A DNA stretch of 62,995 nt, filler included, from Stramenopiles sp. TOSAG23-3 (GCA_900128585.1; 36 parts of 36 records of this genome joined end to end with filler, not necessarily neighbours in it); one strand, 5' to 3'. Numbered from the whole stretch's first letter, positions 44,726-56,035 are shown. Translations and numbers: made by a program. The notes: a model not told the origin generated them from the letters alone.

Positions 44726-45176
44726 AACAAGAAAATTGGCTGTTATTTAAAAGTAATCAAATTATTAAAACAAGAAAATTGGCTGTTAATTTAAATCAAA
44801 TTATTATAAAAACAAAAATTGGCTGTGTTATTTAATTGAAAAACAAAAAATTGGCTGTTATTTAGAGTACACAGCGGCATAAATGTTCTAAAGGGGCTCG
44901 TTGTCTGTTGTACTGCTCAATGAAATAAAGATTGGTATAGAGTTTGATCGTTTCCTGTTCGTATACACATACAGATGTAAGTGTACCTTCTGGGAATCCT
45001 AAACGGTTAGGCCGGTCAGCGATTTCGCTATTTAATTTTATGAAATTTTCTCTTCCTCAGACTATACCGCGAAAACAAATCTACTACTTTTGTCCATTAA
45101 AGGTTTACATTCTTTTTCATGTACTGCGAACTTAACTCTACTCTTGCGGTTTTAGTAAATCAATATATACCCTTGT
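44726..45176 (+). mobile_element. Tandem TIR array and internal fragments of MITE family A
   Basis: TIR copies at 44726, 44769, 44811 and 44842. Internal blocks at 44878-44963 and 45119-45176 (ATGTACTGCGAACT...AATCAATATATACCCTTGT). Confidence 0.78.
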
Positions 45177-45319
45177 TTTTAATTTATCTCTCATTATTTT
45201 TCACGCTTATCCGCTCTGTTCGGATTACTAAATTACAAAATTTAGGATCCCACGGTTATGGCATTTCCTCGTAATGCATGCCAATTCATCACCGCGATTA
45301 AGTTGCTAACCGGTTATAT

Positions 45320-45574
45320 TTAGAGGTTGTCACCTTGATTGTTGCTGCTACCACCCTCACGTTTCCTGTTGCGTGCTGCTGCAGCATCCTGCGCCATTGC
45401 CAGCATCTCCACACCTTTCGATTTAACAAAATCCAACCCATCGCTCGCTACTTCCCCAAACTTCGAGCTAGCCCGGACTCGTACTTGTTCAATGTGGTGG
45501 TCTATGTGCGATTCGTACTTTTCTAATGTTGGTGCAATGTATAAGTGATAAAGTTTCGTGGCGCCACGAAACTG
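45320..45574 (-). CDS. REEP/HVA22 (TB2/DP1) family C-terminus (5'-partial; absent from ORF track)
   Basis: Hand translation QFRGATKLYHLYIAPTLEKYESHIDHHIEQVR... ending at TAA. Confidence 0.8.
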   Translation of the reverse strand, partial: QFRGATKLYHLYIAPTLEKYESHIDHHIEQVRVRASSKFGEVASDGLDFVKSKGVEMLAMAQDAAAARNRKREGGSSNNQGDNL

Positions 45575-45799
45575 TGNNNNNNNNNNNNNNNNNNNNNNNN
45601 NNNNNNNNNNNNNNNNNNNNTTAATTAATTAANNNNNNNNNNNNNNNNNNNNNNNNNNNNNNNNNNNNNNNNNNNNACACCGCATGGTCACTTGGACCGT
45701 CGGCACAACCCCAAGTCCAAGAGGAGGAGATTGCTGCAGCAGTCAAATGCTGGGTGCTGACACAATTTCGCGTGGCGTTCGTGGTAAACGAACACTCAG

Positions 45800-46236
45800 T
45801 AGTATATGGGGGGATTTTGGTAATTTTAAAGAAATCGACCCTTGAGCAAATTTAACACCTAATAGTAGGGTAAATATATATTTTTAATCCAACTCTAGTA
45901 TTAATATCGAAATAGCAGGGTAAAAAAAATATTCTTTCTCTTGTAATTACTGCTGTAATATAGTAATACCGAAATTGTAAAATACCTGTAATAGTAATAT
46001 TGAAATAGCAGGGTAAAAAAAAGATTTTGCTCTTGTAATTACAGTAAATTATTTATTTTCGCTCTTGTAATTACCTGTAATATCAATATTGAAATAGCAG
46101 AGTAAATTATTTTTTTTCGCTCTTGTAATAGGAACTAAACAATAATTATTTTTTTTGTTTTGTGATCCTATTAGGTGTTAAATTTGCTCAAGGGTCGATT
46201 TTTTTAAAATTACCAATACCGCCCCCCCATATACTA
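45800..46236. mobile_element. Non-autonomous TIR DNA transposon (family B, 437 bp) with target-site duplication
   Basis: About 66-69 bp TIRs (45800-45865 and 46168-46236) with the inner 34 bp perfect. CTCAG flanks both sides (45795-45799, 46237-46241). Internal direct repeats AATATYGAAATAGCAGRGTAAA x3. Confidence 0.88.
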
Positions 46237-46404
46237 CTCAGGGTGAAAAGTAAAAAACTTACAGTGTTTAAAAATATTTATAACACCTTTTAAGTTAAAA
46301 TACCTCGTAAATATTTTTTCTGAAAAAGTTACTGGACATATCTGGCTCTCTCGATCTGTAAACTGAAACTGTAAACTTTAGTTTTTAAATTTTTTTTAAA
46401 ACTT

Positions 46405-47319
46405 TTATTTGCAATCTCCGCCATCAAATTGGCATGCTTTTGTATTGCAGGATGCGTCACATAAACCATTATTTGGTTTATCCCTGCCCCAACAATACTT
46501 CGAGCAGAGAGGCTCACAATCTAACGATCTGTCTGCTTTACATACAATGTTTCCTGAGAAATATGATTCCATTTTATATTTCTTAATCAACGACTTCAAC
46601 GTTTCCTCAATGAACGTGATATTATTATCCCTAACGTCCAAGTAGTTTAAACCCTTAAAGTTTGATAAATACAAAGGGAGTGTCTTCAAATTACACCGGG
46701 CTATGCCCAACTGAACCAAAATGTCTTGTAGAGATTTATCTGGGAATTGAAAAAGGTTGTTTCCATTCACGTACAAAAATATGAGGGTTGGAAACTGTTT
46801 TTTGCTTAATGGAACTCGGATATCAATGTTATTTTCTCCGATATGAAGGTAATTCAGCGATGGCAAGTAAGACTCGGCAATAGGTATTCGCCGTAGGTTG
46901 TTGCCCGACAAATCGATGGCAGCTACGTTTGAATGCGTCCACAATGCATTTTCGTTACAGCTAGAAATATTATTGTAATGCAATAAGAGTTTGTTCAATT
47001 TCTCCCACTTACCTACGTCCACATCAAAACCTTGTAGCTGGTTAAACGAAATTTCAAAATCCACCATCTCCGCCAAATGTTCCATCTTTGGCGGCAACGC
47101 AGTCAAGTTGCAATTGCGTATAAACACTTTTCGCAACCCCGTCATCGTAACAACTAATGAATTGGGCAAAGCCACAAGCTTGTAATCATTCTTTATCTCC
47201 AAACTCGCACAATTGCACGTAGGTTTAAACAAACTCTTGCAGAATGGTATCTTGTTCACACACCCTTTCTCCCACGTTATCTCGTCGCAACCGGAGGGGC
47301 GCATCACCAGGTGGGCCAC
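46405..47319 (-). CDS. LRR protein with a C-terminal LNR (Notch) repeat (5'-partial)
   Basis: LxxLxLxxNxL repeats; terminal CSKYCW...NNGLCDASCNTKACQFDGGDC. Confidence 0.9.
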   Translation of the reverse strand: MAHLVMRPSGCDEITWEKGCVNKIPFCKSLFKPTCNCASLEIKNDYKLVALPNSLVVTMTGLRKVFIRNCNLTALPPKMEHLAEMVDFEISFNQLQGFDVDVGKWEKLNKLLLHYNNISSCNENALWTHSNVAAIDLSGNNLRRIPIAESYLPSLNYLHIGENNIDIRVPLSKKQFPTLIFLYVNGNNLFQFPDKSLQDILVQLGIARCNLKTLPLYLSNFKGLNYLDVRDNNITFIEETLKSLIKKYKMESYFSGNIVCKADRSLDCEPLCSKYCWGRDKPNNGLCDASCNTKACQFDGGDCK

Positions 47320-47421
47320 CGNNNNNNNNNNNNNNNNNNNNNNNNNNNNNNNNNNNNNNNNNNNNTTAATTAATTAANNNNNNNNNNNNNNNNNNNNNNN
47401 NNNNNNNNNNNNNNNNNNNNN

Positions 47422-48697
47422 TTTGGCGGTTCAAAAGCATTGACGACATCATGGTCGATGTTTCATCGAAAGAGTCGGCCTGTGGCACATTGGTTTTCGC
47501 CAAACCTTTGCCCTTGGAGGAGTGAACGGTGTTGAAAAAATGGTATGTACAGGCTTTGCACTCTTCGGTGCACAAATCGTCAATCGCTAATTCTTGGCTT
47601 TCACTGGTATCCCAAGTGTTGTCTCCTTCGCCATACAGCACGGATGGGGCGGCCCATCCAATTTTTACCGACAACACGCCCGGTCTCACTTGTACTTCGT
47701 AGTAGGCCATGTTCGACGATTCTTGCAGGGACACAGATTTTCCAGGTACGGTCAAAACAGCAGGAACGGTAAAAATGCCTTCTGTGCTCGAAACTGTAAG
47801 TGGTGACACACCAGGATTAACCCTTCCCCCGATCGAAACGAGGCGGGTGGGACGGAAAGCGCGACACACCCTTTGGCAGTAAACGTAGTTTTCTAGTTTT
47901 CTACACATGTCTTCTGGGGTAGCCGGGGCGGAATTTTCTAAAGATTTCAGAGTCCGGTAGATATTTTCTTTGTTCAGCTCGGCTGCGTCCGATGGGTTGT
48001 GGCGCTCGTTTGCTAATGACTGGGCGACCATCAAGACCAACTGAAGCTCTTTCCGCTCTTTCACGCCGTGCTCCAACAGAGTCGAGATAGCGTTTTCAGT
48101 GGAAGGCCGAGGCTCCATGCACAAATTGCACATGTCCTGGTCGTCCTCGTTGACTTCTTCACACTGCTGGCAGACCCATCCGCTTTCCGGCTCATCCAGC
48201 GGCTTTTCTCCGGCAGGAAAATGCAGACACTCGAACCAGGGATGGGATTTCAGAGCCAGCATTTGAAAATAAAGGGCCGCCTGCTCTGGGATCTCTTTCG
48301 CCCGCGAGGCAACCTTCCTAATGATACCAAGCGCGCTCTCGCTCAAACTGTCCATTCCACCGAACGCCTCAAAACTATCGTTCGGCTTGGCCTCTTGGCT
48401 GGAGTCAGCGGCGGCCGACGAGGAAGACTTTCGTGCGCCTATTAATAGTTTTAAACTTTTCAAGTTATGCAGTCGGACTTCATCCAATCCATACTTTTCG
48501 CTAACAATATTAGAGCGGTCCGCGTGGAAAAACTCTGGCTCTGATATTTTCTTCACAGTCTTGGAAGAAACCAGGCTGTCCAATGCCGACGAACGGGCGA
48601 ACCTTTTCAAGGCATCTAGTTGTCTCTTTTTTTCAACCTCGCAGTACGAACCGCTCTCGTTAACCCCCTGGCCAAGATCCTTTGCAACACTTCTCAT
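47422..48697 (-). CDS. RanBP2-type zinc finger plus SPRY-like domain protein (3'-partial)
   Basis: WVCQQCEEVNEDDQDMCNLCMEPRP; AYYEVQV...VKIGWA. Confidence 0.75.
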
Positions 48698-49165
48698 ATT
48701 TTATTCCTTCGCGCAAAACGGTCTTACCAAAGGACTAAGCCAGCAAAATATGTTTGTCTGGAATACCAAATCAAAAAAAAGCTACTGTTACAGTGGCCCC
48801 TCGTCCACAGCAAAAAGAGGGAAGCGGGCAAGGAGCAGAAAGAAAGAAAGGAAATAGTAGCAGAGAGTATATGCTTCTCCTCCGAAGTGTCTATTCTTCA
48901 AAAACGCACTCTTCTTTGTGGTTATTGCTTTTCTTTCCATTTGAATGATCTATCTCCGTCACTATATGATTTCTCGTGCACATTCATAATTTTAAACAAA
49001 TCGTCTGATGAAGTGCTAAATATTTATAAAATCAAAGTTGAAGTCTTTAAGGGTTTTGAATTAATNNNNNNNNNNNNNNNNNNNNNNNNNNNNNNNNNNN
49101 NNNNNNNNNTTAATTAATTAANNNNNNNNNNNNNNNNNNNNNNNNNNNNNNNNNNNNNNNNNNNN

Positions 49166-50397
49166 TCAAAACAGGCACCGTAATCATATGTCATGGAAAA
49201 TATATGATCTTGGCCTTTATGTCGATTCCAATATGGAAATTTCCTTGAAATTAAATCAATCGATGAACGTACCAATCGTTTCCCAAACCATGGATCTACA
49301 CCAAACATCCCTCTTCCTAAATATTTACATGAAGTGTAAGTTGGAACATAAAATAAATCTGCTTCGCGAGGATCGTTTGTTTTCACAGAACTTTCCATCA
49401 ATTTTTGATGGATGTATACTTCGGGGGCAAACATATGTGATTTACATTTTGGATTTTGTTCTAAAATTTCTTCATTGTAGCTTTTTGGCAAATCGTATAC
49501 GTAAATTTTTAAACCAAAATCATCTTTCGTCCATTTTAATGCTAAAGATGGAATTTCTAATAAGGAAGCTTTCTTTTCCCAATGTTTTTTCTTTGCATCT
49601 TTAACAGCTTGTGCACCACCTTGAAATTGCTTTAAATATGAAAAGACATTCACCGTTGAAAAATGATTGAACTCTACGCGTATTAAATGATGACCAGCAC
49701 TTAAGCGAACTAAATGATGCCGTGAGATTGGAGATGTGCGAGGACGCCAATCATCAAATACTAATTGACCGTCTAAAAATACACGAACCGCGCTCGTCGT
49801 ACTTGTCAATAAACGATATTGTCCAGCTTTTGTTTTAAAAATACCTTCAAATGATGCATAAAATTCATTTAAATTAACTGGTTTTGGTGGGAAATCATTG
49901 TTTGTATCTAAATTTCCAGCATATTTACTGGATGATTTCCGTAATAGCTTGGCAACTCTAGCTAGCTTTTCCTCACGTGCTGCTTTTGTTTTGCTTTTCT
50001 TTTTACTCGGTACAAAATGTACACGTTTATATTCTCCAACATATGCCGTATCAACATCATCCCATTTTGTTGGATCAGATGCTTTCATCTTTCCACTTAT
50101 ATCCTTCCCATTGAAAAATTTTCCTAAAAAACGGCCTCTTGGTACATCGGGATAGTTTTTCGGTTCGATGCCGTCAAAATTTGCAGCAACAACACGGTTA
50201 CTTATTAAACTAGCAGCCTTTGATGAAGAGGGCAACGGTGGCCTTAAATCACCGTTATTAATAATAATAGTCCTTGGCATTAAAAAAAAATTTAAACATA
50301 ATTGAAAAACTGCTAATACAATTGCCACGACGCATATCAAACGTGCTAAATTCGATGAAGACGTAGATCGTCTCTTTTTATTATTATGATCTTTCAT
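49166..50397 (-). CDS. Type II membrane GT47 (exostosin-like) glycosyltransferase with a PA14-like domain (3'-partial)
   Basis: N-terminal signal anchor; GQYRL...VRVFLDGQLVFDDW...LSAGHHLIRVEF (PA14); KIYVYDLP, TNDPREADLFYVP, PYWNRHKGQDHIF (GT47). Confidence 0.92.
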
Positions 50398-51130
50398 CTT
50401 ATTGATCTTTCTATCTTCATCTCGCGGTCGTATGATTTATATATATCTATCTATGATGAATGTATTTTTTATATATTTTATTGGTGTTTTATATAAGTAT
50501 ATAAGTTAAAAGTATCATCATGCAACTCATCATCGATCGATGACGGATGAGCCCTTTTCGCCCGCGTTCGATCTTCTGTATCGTGCTGTCGTCTTCTTTC
50601 GGTGCTGAAAATATTGAATTGTCACTAGGATAGGAATAGCATTGTGCATCTTTGTGTTTTGGTAACACCTCCCTCACTTTTCTTTTTTGCTTTTATTTGA
50701 TAGCAATGTAAATGGTACCTTAACCTGTACTGTAGTACTATATATAATTTCTCCCCTTCTCCTCTTTTGTTTTCCAGGTTTCCACCTTAACCTGTACGAA
50801 CCCCACACNNNNNNNNNNNNNNNNNNNNNNNNNNNNNNNNNNNNNNNNNNNNTTAATTAATTAANNNNNNNNNNNNNNNNNNNNNNNNNNNNNNNNNNNN
50901 NNNNNNNNCCTCCTTGGTACATGTATTATATTACATACTCCTCCTCCTCACTAAATAATAATAATTTTATTATTATTAAAAAAATACTACTGTATTCCAT
51001 ATTATTAATGAACACACGTATATGTATATTATGTAAGAATGGTAACAATTTATCCAATTTATGCTCCAATTTCAACCTGAAGCAATCGATTTTAATGTGG
51101 TTGGAGGATAATTTAAGAACGTCTGGTTAC

Positions 51131-52192
51131 ATGGAGTTGAGCAGGGCGCAGTATAGTTTGAGCGAGACCAGCGAGCCCGAACCGGCCGGTGGTGGTACTG
51201 AACCGACAGCTTCGCGCAGTCCGGCGGTGCGGACAGTTAGTTTCGATGTTCAGGACGCCGAGGAAGGGTACGCTTTTGACAACCCGATAAGTGCACACAC
51301 CCTCCCGGTTGAAAGCAGTCCTTCCAAGAAACTCTCTGGGAACAAAATGGCGTCCTTTCACATTTCGAAAAGTAAAAGTAAACGCGGCAGTACGAAGCGG
51401 CGAAGAAGGTCGTCGATACAAAATACCAATGTAAATAACGAGGCCTGTGTGCTGATAACCATATCCGTTCTGACGATTGTAGCCCTTGTGACATTTTTCG
51501 TGTCCGTTCCGCCAGAGTTTCCGAAACAGGTTTTGCTGTGGCTTGAAACAAATCGGAACTACGGCATACCGATGTTGATCGGGACTCTCTGCATCGCTAT
51601 TCCAATCTTTCTTCCGGTAAGCAAAATCGTGTACCTGGCGCTAGGGTACCTCTACGGGTTTTGGATTGGTTGGTTTTCCGCCATGTTCGGTGTACTTCTG
51701 GGCTACATCCTGACGTTTTTGCTTGGCCGTTTCGTGTGCGCTCGATGGATGAAGGATTACGTTGAAATGCGAGGCACCCAGTACTTCAGCCGAAAAATGT
51801 GGCTTGCGATGCGCCAGATGTTGGAAAAAGACGGAGCGTACGCTACCTTTGTTGTTCGCTTTTTGCCGTTGCCGAGCAACTTGGTCTGCTACGCCATGGC
51901 CCAGACTGATCTGAAACTGAGACATTATGTTTTAGGGTCGCTGATGAAGGCTCCGATTGCGTCGACCCCCGTCTATATTTGGTTGGGCACTACTGCTGAA
52001 GACGGCGTAGACGGTATCGTTAACGGTGATTTAGAAAGCGTGTGGATTTCTGTGGGATTTTCTGCCCTTTTCCTTCTGTTCTTTTTCATCGGCGTCCACT
52101 TTTTAAAGAAAAGTATCAACAAGAAGTTCATGAGACGAGTCCGGTCCATGAGTAGAAAAATCTCTAGTACCAACGCGGAGGAGGAAATATGA
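51131..52192 (+). CDS. DedA/VTT (SNARE-associated Golgi, TVP38/TMEM64-like) membrane protein
   Basis: LGYLYGFWIG...LGYILTFLLGR; VVRFLPLPSNLVCYAMA...YVLGS. The upstream part of the listed ORF is AT-rich non-coding DNA. Confidence 0.9.
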   Translation: MELSRAQYSLSETSEPEPAGGGTEPTASRSPAVRTVSFDVQDAEEGYAFDNPISAHTLPVESSPSKKLSGNKMASFHISKSKSKRGSTKRRRRSSIQNTNVNNEACVLITISVLTIVALVTFFVSVPPEFPKQVLLWLETNRNYGIPMLIGTLCIAIPIFLPVSKIVYLALGYLYGFWIGWFSAMFGVLLGYILTFLLGRFVCARWMKDYVEMRGTQYFSRKMWLAMRQMLEKDGAYATFVVRFLPLPSNLVCYAMAQTDLKLRHYVLGSLMKAPIASTPVYIWLGTTAEDGVDGIVNGDLESVWISVGFSALFLLFFFIGVHFLKKSINKKFMRRVRSMSRKISSTNAEEEI

Positions 52193-52348
52193 AAAAAACG
52201 TGGTTCGTTTGAAGAGGGAGGTATGAAAAGACCACGCACGGTGTCCAATGTTTTTTAATCCATTAAATGCAATTTAAATAAATTCTGTATTAATTTTACT
52301 CGCTTAAAGAAGAGCCTTTAAAAAGAAAACGTTCAACGTCCAGGGTGC

Positions 52349-52549
52349 TTACAATTCTGAGCTTTCGTCCCCGCCGTCCTCCCCGAAACCACTGTCGTCG
52401 TCCTCCTGAGTCGCCCCCGCACCCTCGCCGTCTGGTAATCCCAGCAACAGCTTGGTGATTTCCTTGAGGTTGTTTTGAACCTCCACACTCTGCTTTGATC
52501 GGTGCTTCGCAACATCCAGTGGAGTCTTCATTTCATGGTTCTTTGCATC
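52349..52549 (-). CDS. Ankyrin-repeat protein C-terminus (5'-partial)
   Basis: DAKNHEMKTPLDVAK...EITKLL followed by an acidic tail. Confidence 0.65.
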   Translation of the reverse strand, partial: DAKNHEMKTPLDVAKHRSKQSVEVQNNLKEITKLLLGLPDGEGAGATQEDDDSGFGEDGGDESSEL

Positions 52550-52656
52550 GGNNNNNNNNNNNNNNNNNNNNNNNNNNNNNNNNNNNNNNNNNNNNTTAAT
52601 TAATTAANNNNNNNNNNNNNNNNNNNNNNNNNNNNNNNNNNNNNNNNNNNNTCCTT

Positions 52657-52819
52657 TATGAACTGCGAACTTATCTTTGCTTTTTTGGTTTTACTAATCG
52701 ATATACCCTTGTCACTTAGTCTTGACTATCATTCTCAGGTGTACTCCATTTATGATCTGAATCAGTAGATGGATTAGCAGTGTTATTTAAGTAATTAAAA
52801 TTTATCTTCCTCGTGTACC
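52657..52819. mobile_element. Degenerate MITE family A fragments
   Basis: Internal block ACTGCGAACT...TATACCCTTGTCACTTAGTCTTGACTATC (52657-52730) and a reversed right end TGTTATTTAAGTAATTAAAATTTATCTTCCTCGTGTACC (52781-52819). Confidence 0.65.
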
Positions 52820-53047
52820 GTGAAGATGAATCTGATCAACTTCCTCATCCGCTCGTTGCATATCTTGTAAACCAATCAAGGGATTATCATTTGTGAGTTG
52901 GGGTGGCGGGGGAGGGTTGTCCAGGTCGGTAGAGAGCATGTGGGCAAGCTGGCTCAAACTGGAGCGGCGAGGCGAGCGATTGAAAACCACATTAGTTTTT
53001 GAAAATTTAATATTACTTCTCGTATGATACTAAATATTTTATTAAAT

Positions 53048-53203
53048 AACAAGAAAATTGGCTGTTAATTTAAGTGATTAAAATTAATGTACTGCGAACT
53101 GAACTCTAATGGTGCCCCTGATTTTAGTAATCAATATATCCTTTTCACTTAGTCTCGACTATCAATTTTCATATATTTTATTTTAACAGCCAATTTTCTT
53201 GTT
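53048..53203 (+). mobile_element. Internally deleted MITE family A copy (156 bp)
   Basis: Perfect 20-bp TIRs AACAAGAAAATTGGCTGTTA (53048-53067) and TAACAGCCAATTTTCTTGTT (53184-53203). Confidence 0.85.
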
Positions 53204-53239
53204 TTTATTTTAATACTTCAAGCACCGGCCTTGCAGAGC

Positions 53240-54226
53240 TTAGGAAAGAGCAGCGGCGGCCTTCAAATTGACCTGAAACTGCATCCCTGGTAGTTTCCCC
53301 TCCGGTATCTTCACTTTTACCTGCTTCCCCTCCACGTTCACTTTCAGTATCTTGCCTGGGCCATACCCTTTAGGGACGGTGAGCGTGGTCATAGTGGAAG
53401 TTTGTTGTCGCGGTTGTGCCTGCGCCTGGACTTGAACCTGTACTGCTGCTGGAGCAAGAGCTTGCGCTACGACAGGGTTTGGCTGAAGTTGCCCAACTCC
53501 AGCATGGCTGAACGATTGTGGCTGCTGCTGCATAATCCCAGGCTGCGTTCCCATCTGGTATGGTTGCGGTTGCTGCTGACCAAAGGATTGCGGTTGTTGC
53601 ATCATCATAACAGGCTGCATTCCCATCTGGTACGTTTGGTTTGCTTGTTGCATGGTCACCGCACCGGGCTGGGTTCCCATCTTGTGGTATACCGCAGGCG
53701 ATTGTTGGCTAACTATCCCGGGTGGTTGACCGTATACAGGGGTTATCACCGGTTGGGGCTGCATAGTTTGCATCCGGACCCCTGCCTGTGCGGGCTTCCG
53801 CTTCGCGGCATGTCTGATCGAGCAGATTATCATGAGAATGCAGATGCCACAGCACCCGCCGAATATTGCGAGAAAGACAAAAAGTGCAGCCTCGCACTCT
53901 TCTTGCGTCCCACATTCATCATTTATGCAACACAAGCATTGGTCGTTGTTCGAAGACGTTTCCATTTCAACAGTCATGTTGGTTCCGTTTGATCCAGTAA
54001 ACATGCAAGTAGAATCAGTCGAGTCCTCCGACGACGCTTTCTTGTTGTTCATTTTCTTCGTTTGTGTTTTAGACGTCCTAGACGTCTTTAAGCGCCGGGC
54101 ACCACCGAAACCGTTTCGTTTGGAAAGGAGGCGTCTCACCTCATCAGACGGTTCGTTCACTTCATCACCGCTTGCCAGGGCAAGACCGACAGCAAGGAAA
54201 ATGAGATAAGTACCAACGCGTCGCAT
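53240..54226 (-). CDS. Single-pass membrane protein: signal peptide, Cys-rich ectodomain, Pro/Gln-rich tail
   Basis: YLIFLAVGLALA; CLCCINDECGTQEEC; TM helix with CC; PQ-rich repeats; terminal VPKGYGPGKIL...IPEGKLPGMQFQV module. Confidence 0.8.
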   Translation of the reverse strand: MRRVGTYLIFLAVGLALASGDEVNEPSDEVRRLLSKRNGFGGARRLKTSRTSKTQTKKMNNKKASSEDSTDSTCMFTGSNGTNMTVEMETSSNNDQCLCCINDECGTQEECEAALFVFLAIFGGCCGICILMIICSIRHAAKRKPAQAGVRMQTMQPQPVITPVYGQPPGIVSQQSPAVYHKMGTQPGAVTMQQANQTYQMGMQPVMMMQQPQSFGQQQPQPYQMGTQPGIMQQQPQSFSHAGVGQLQPNPVVAQALAPAAVQVQVQAQAQPRQQTSTMTTLTVPKGYGPGKILKVNVEGKQVKVKIPEGKLPGMQFQVNLKAAAALS

Positions 54227-54394
54227 AATCGGTTTAGGCACAATATTTTGTAGGGGTGGTACAATGACAAAGAAAGTAATAAATGGTCGAAGCGNNNNNN
54301 NNNNNNNNNNNNNNNNNNNNNNNNNNNNNNNNNNNNNNTTAATTAATTAANNNNNNNNNNNNNNNNNNNNNNNNNNNNNNNNNNNNNNNNNNNN

Positions 54395-56035
54395 CCGGTG
54401 AGCACCGGGTCCGTGCGCTTGTGAACAGTTCCGGCTTGGAAACGAATTTGAAAAGTTCAATGGCCATCCCCCTTGCCCCGTACGATGCCGCGATGATCTC
54501 GTACGACGACCCTCGTTTAAATTTACATTCAGATCGCCAGGGACGATCAAGTTTAAAACCCTGACATCGCCACCGACTGCGATCTTCGCCATGGCCAACA
54601 ATGAAATTTTCGTGCCACACTTTCCTTGAAACGACTCTTGGTTTGCTATCCAAATGGTGAGCAACGCCGTGAGGGCATTCGTCTGTTGTGCTTGCCCATT
54701 GTGAACAATTTGCACGTTGACGTTTGCCAACAAATTCAAAACCAACGGTCCATGCACATGAAATACGCGAACGAAACACATGATAAGATTCTGTCGAAAC
54801 GTCCTGTTGCCAGTGAGGCAAAGCTTGGCCACTAAAAGTTTAAACATGGATTTTATCATATCGTTGGTCAGCATGCCTTGCATCTTCAGCATAACTTGAG
54901 ACACCAAATTTCCAACAGACAGTGCTGCACCCTCACTAGTTTCTTGCGACAATAGTCTTGATATAACAGAAAGGAGCAGGTTGAGGCCAGATCCGTTACC
55001 AGAAGCCGCTATCTGGCTGGCCGATACATGAACAAAACTCTCCAGACAGTTGGAACAACTCAAAACAATGGCGTTATCTTCGCTCTTTAACCCGATCTCG
55101 ATCGTTAAGGGGTACACTTGCTCTATATAAACCTTTGGCAAAGTCAGCGGGGGTTCGTACGATCCAATAATTACGTGCAACATGTCCAGAGCAGCCTCAA
55201 CCACACACGATTGTTGGCGCAAAAAGTTGTGCAGCAGCGTCACAAAAGTCGGCAATGCACGCTGTACTATTCCAGGTAACGCCAACGATGACTTCGCCAG
55301 CTGCTTGAACACATCGACAATGCTTAACACAAGCGAGACATCATTCGCATGGTTTGACCATGACTGTATGAGCAACGGGGTCACGGTCGGCTCCACTCTG
55401 CATACGAAATCTTCTTTCAAATCGCAGAGCAGTATGGACAGCGTTGCCATTGTAAAATGCAGCGTGTCCTTGGGAGATATGGCAAGCATCCTGCACACAC
55501 CTTCGACTGCTGGGGGTAAAAAACTTTCTTTCTCGTACCCTTCTATGCAGTCTACTGCTGATGCCACCGCTTGAAGACATGCCAAGCCGATGGGCATGGG
55601 CAGTTGAGCATTCAGGCCTGCGCAAATGTTCATCAAAAATGGGGCCCTTTGCTGTGGCGAAAAAGACAACAAAAGCGCTGAATAGCACGAAATGGACTGG
55701 GCGCATAGGTACAGAAATTCCGCGTTCCCGTAATTGAACCCAGAATTGGCAGGGGGGATGGCCATTGAACTTTTCAAAATCGTTTCCAAGCCGGAACTGT
55801 TCACAAGCGCACGGACCCGGTGCTCACCGGAGTGATCGCAGCCAAATGCTATGCTAATAGCCGTTAGCAAGCCCTCCCTAATTTGCCACCAATCGCCTTG
55901 CTGTTGCGAATGCGACCGTTCGCTAGCCTCAATTACCTTCGGGAGTTGGTTGTTGATCAAATGCTCGCAAGTGCTGAATCGGCCAAATATTAAAGCTATG
56001 GAGTCTACCAGAGACTTTGCCGTGTTGCGTACACT
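54395..56035 (-). CDS. IPO9: Importin-9-like HEAT-repeat karyopherin (both ends partial)
   Basis: WWQIREGLL, DTLHFTMATL, SEDNAIVLSCSNCL, LLSQETSEGAALSVGNLV, QNLIMCFVR, GRRTRS. Confidence 0.8.

Noticed and set aside
44726-44860. CRISPR-like array of a 20-nt repeat
   Set aside because: The spacers resemble each other and are irregular in length, there are no cas genes, and the repeat is the dispersed MITE TIR.
50921-51130. N-terminal extensions of listed ORFs (also 26646-26777, 41733-41774, 9263-9370)
   Set aside because: They are AT-rich or non-ATG upstream read-through, so downstream ATGs were chosen as starts.
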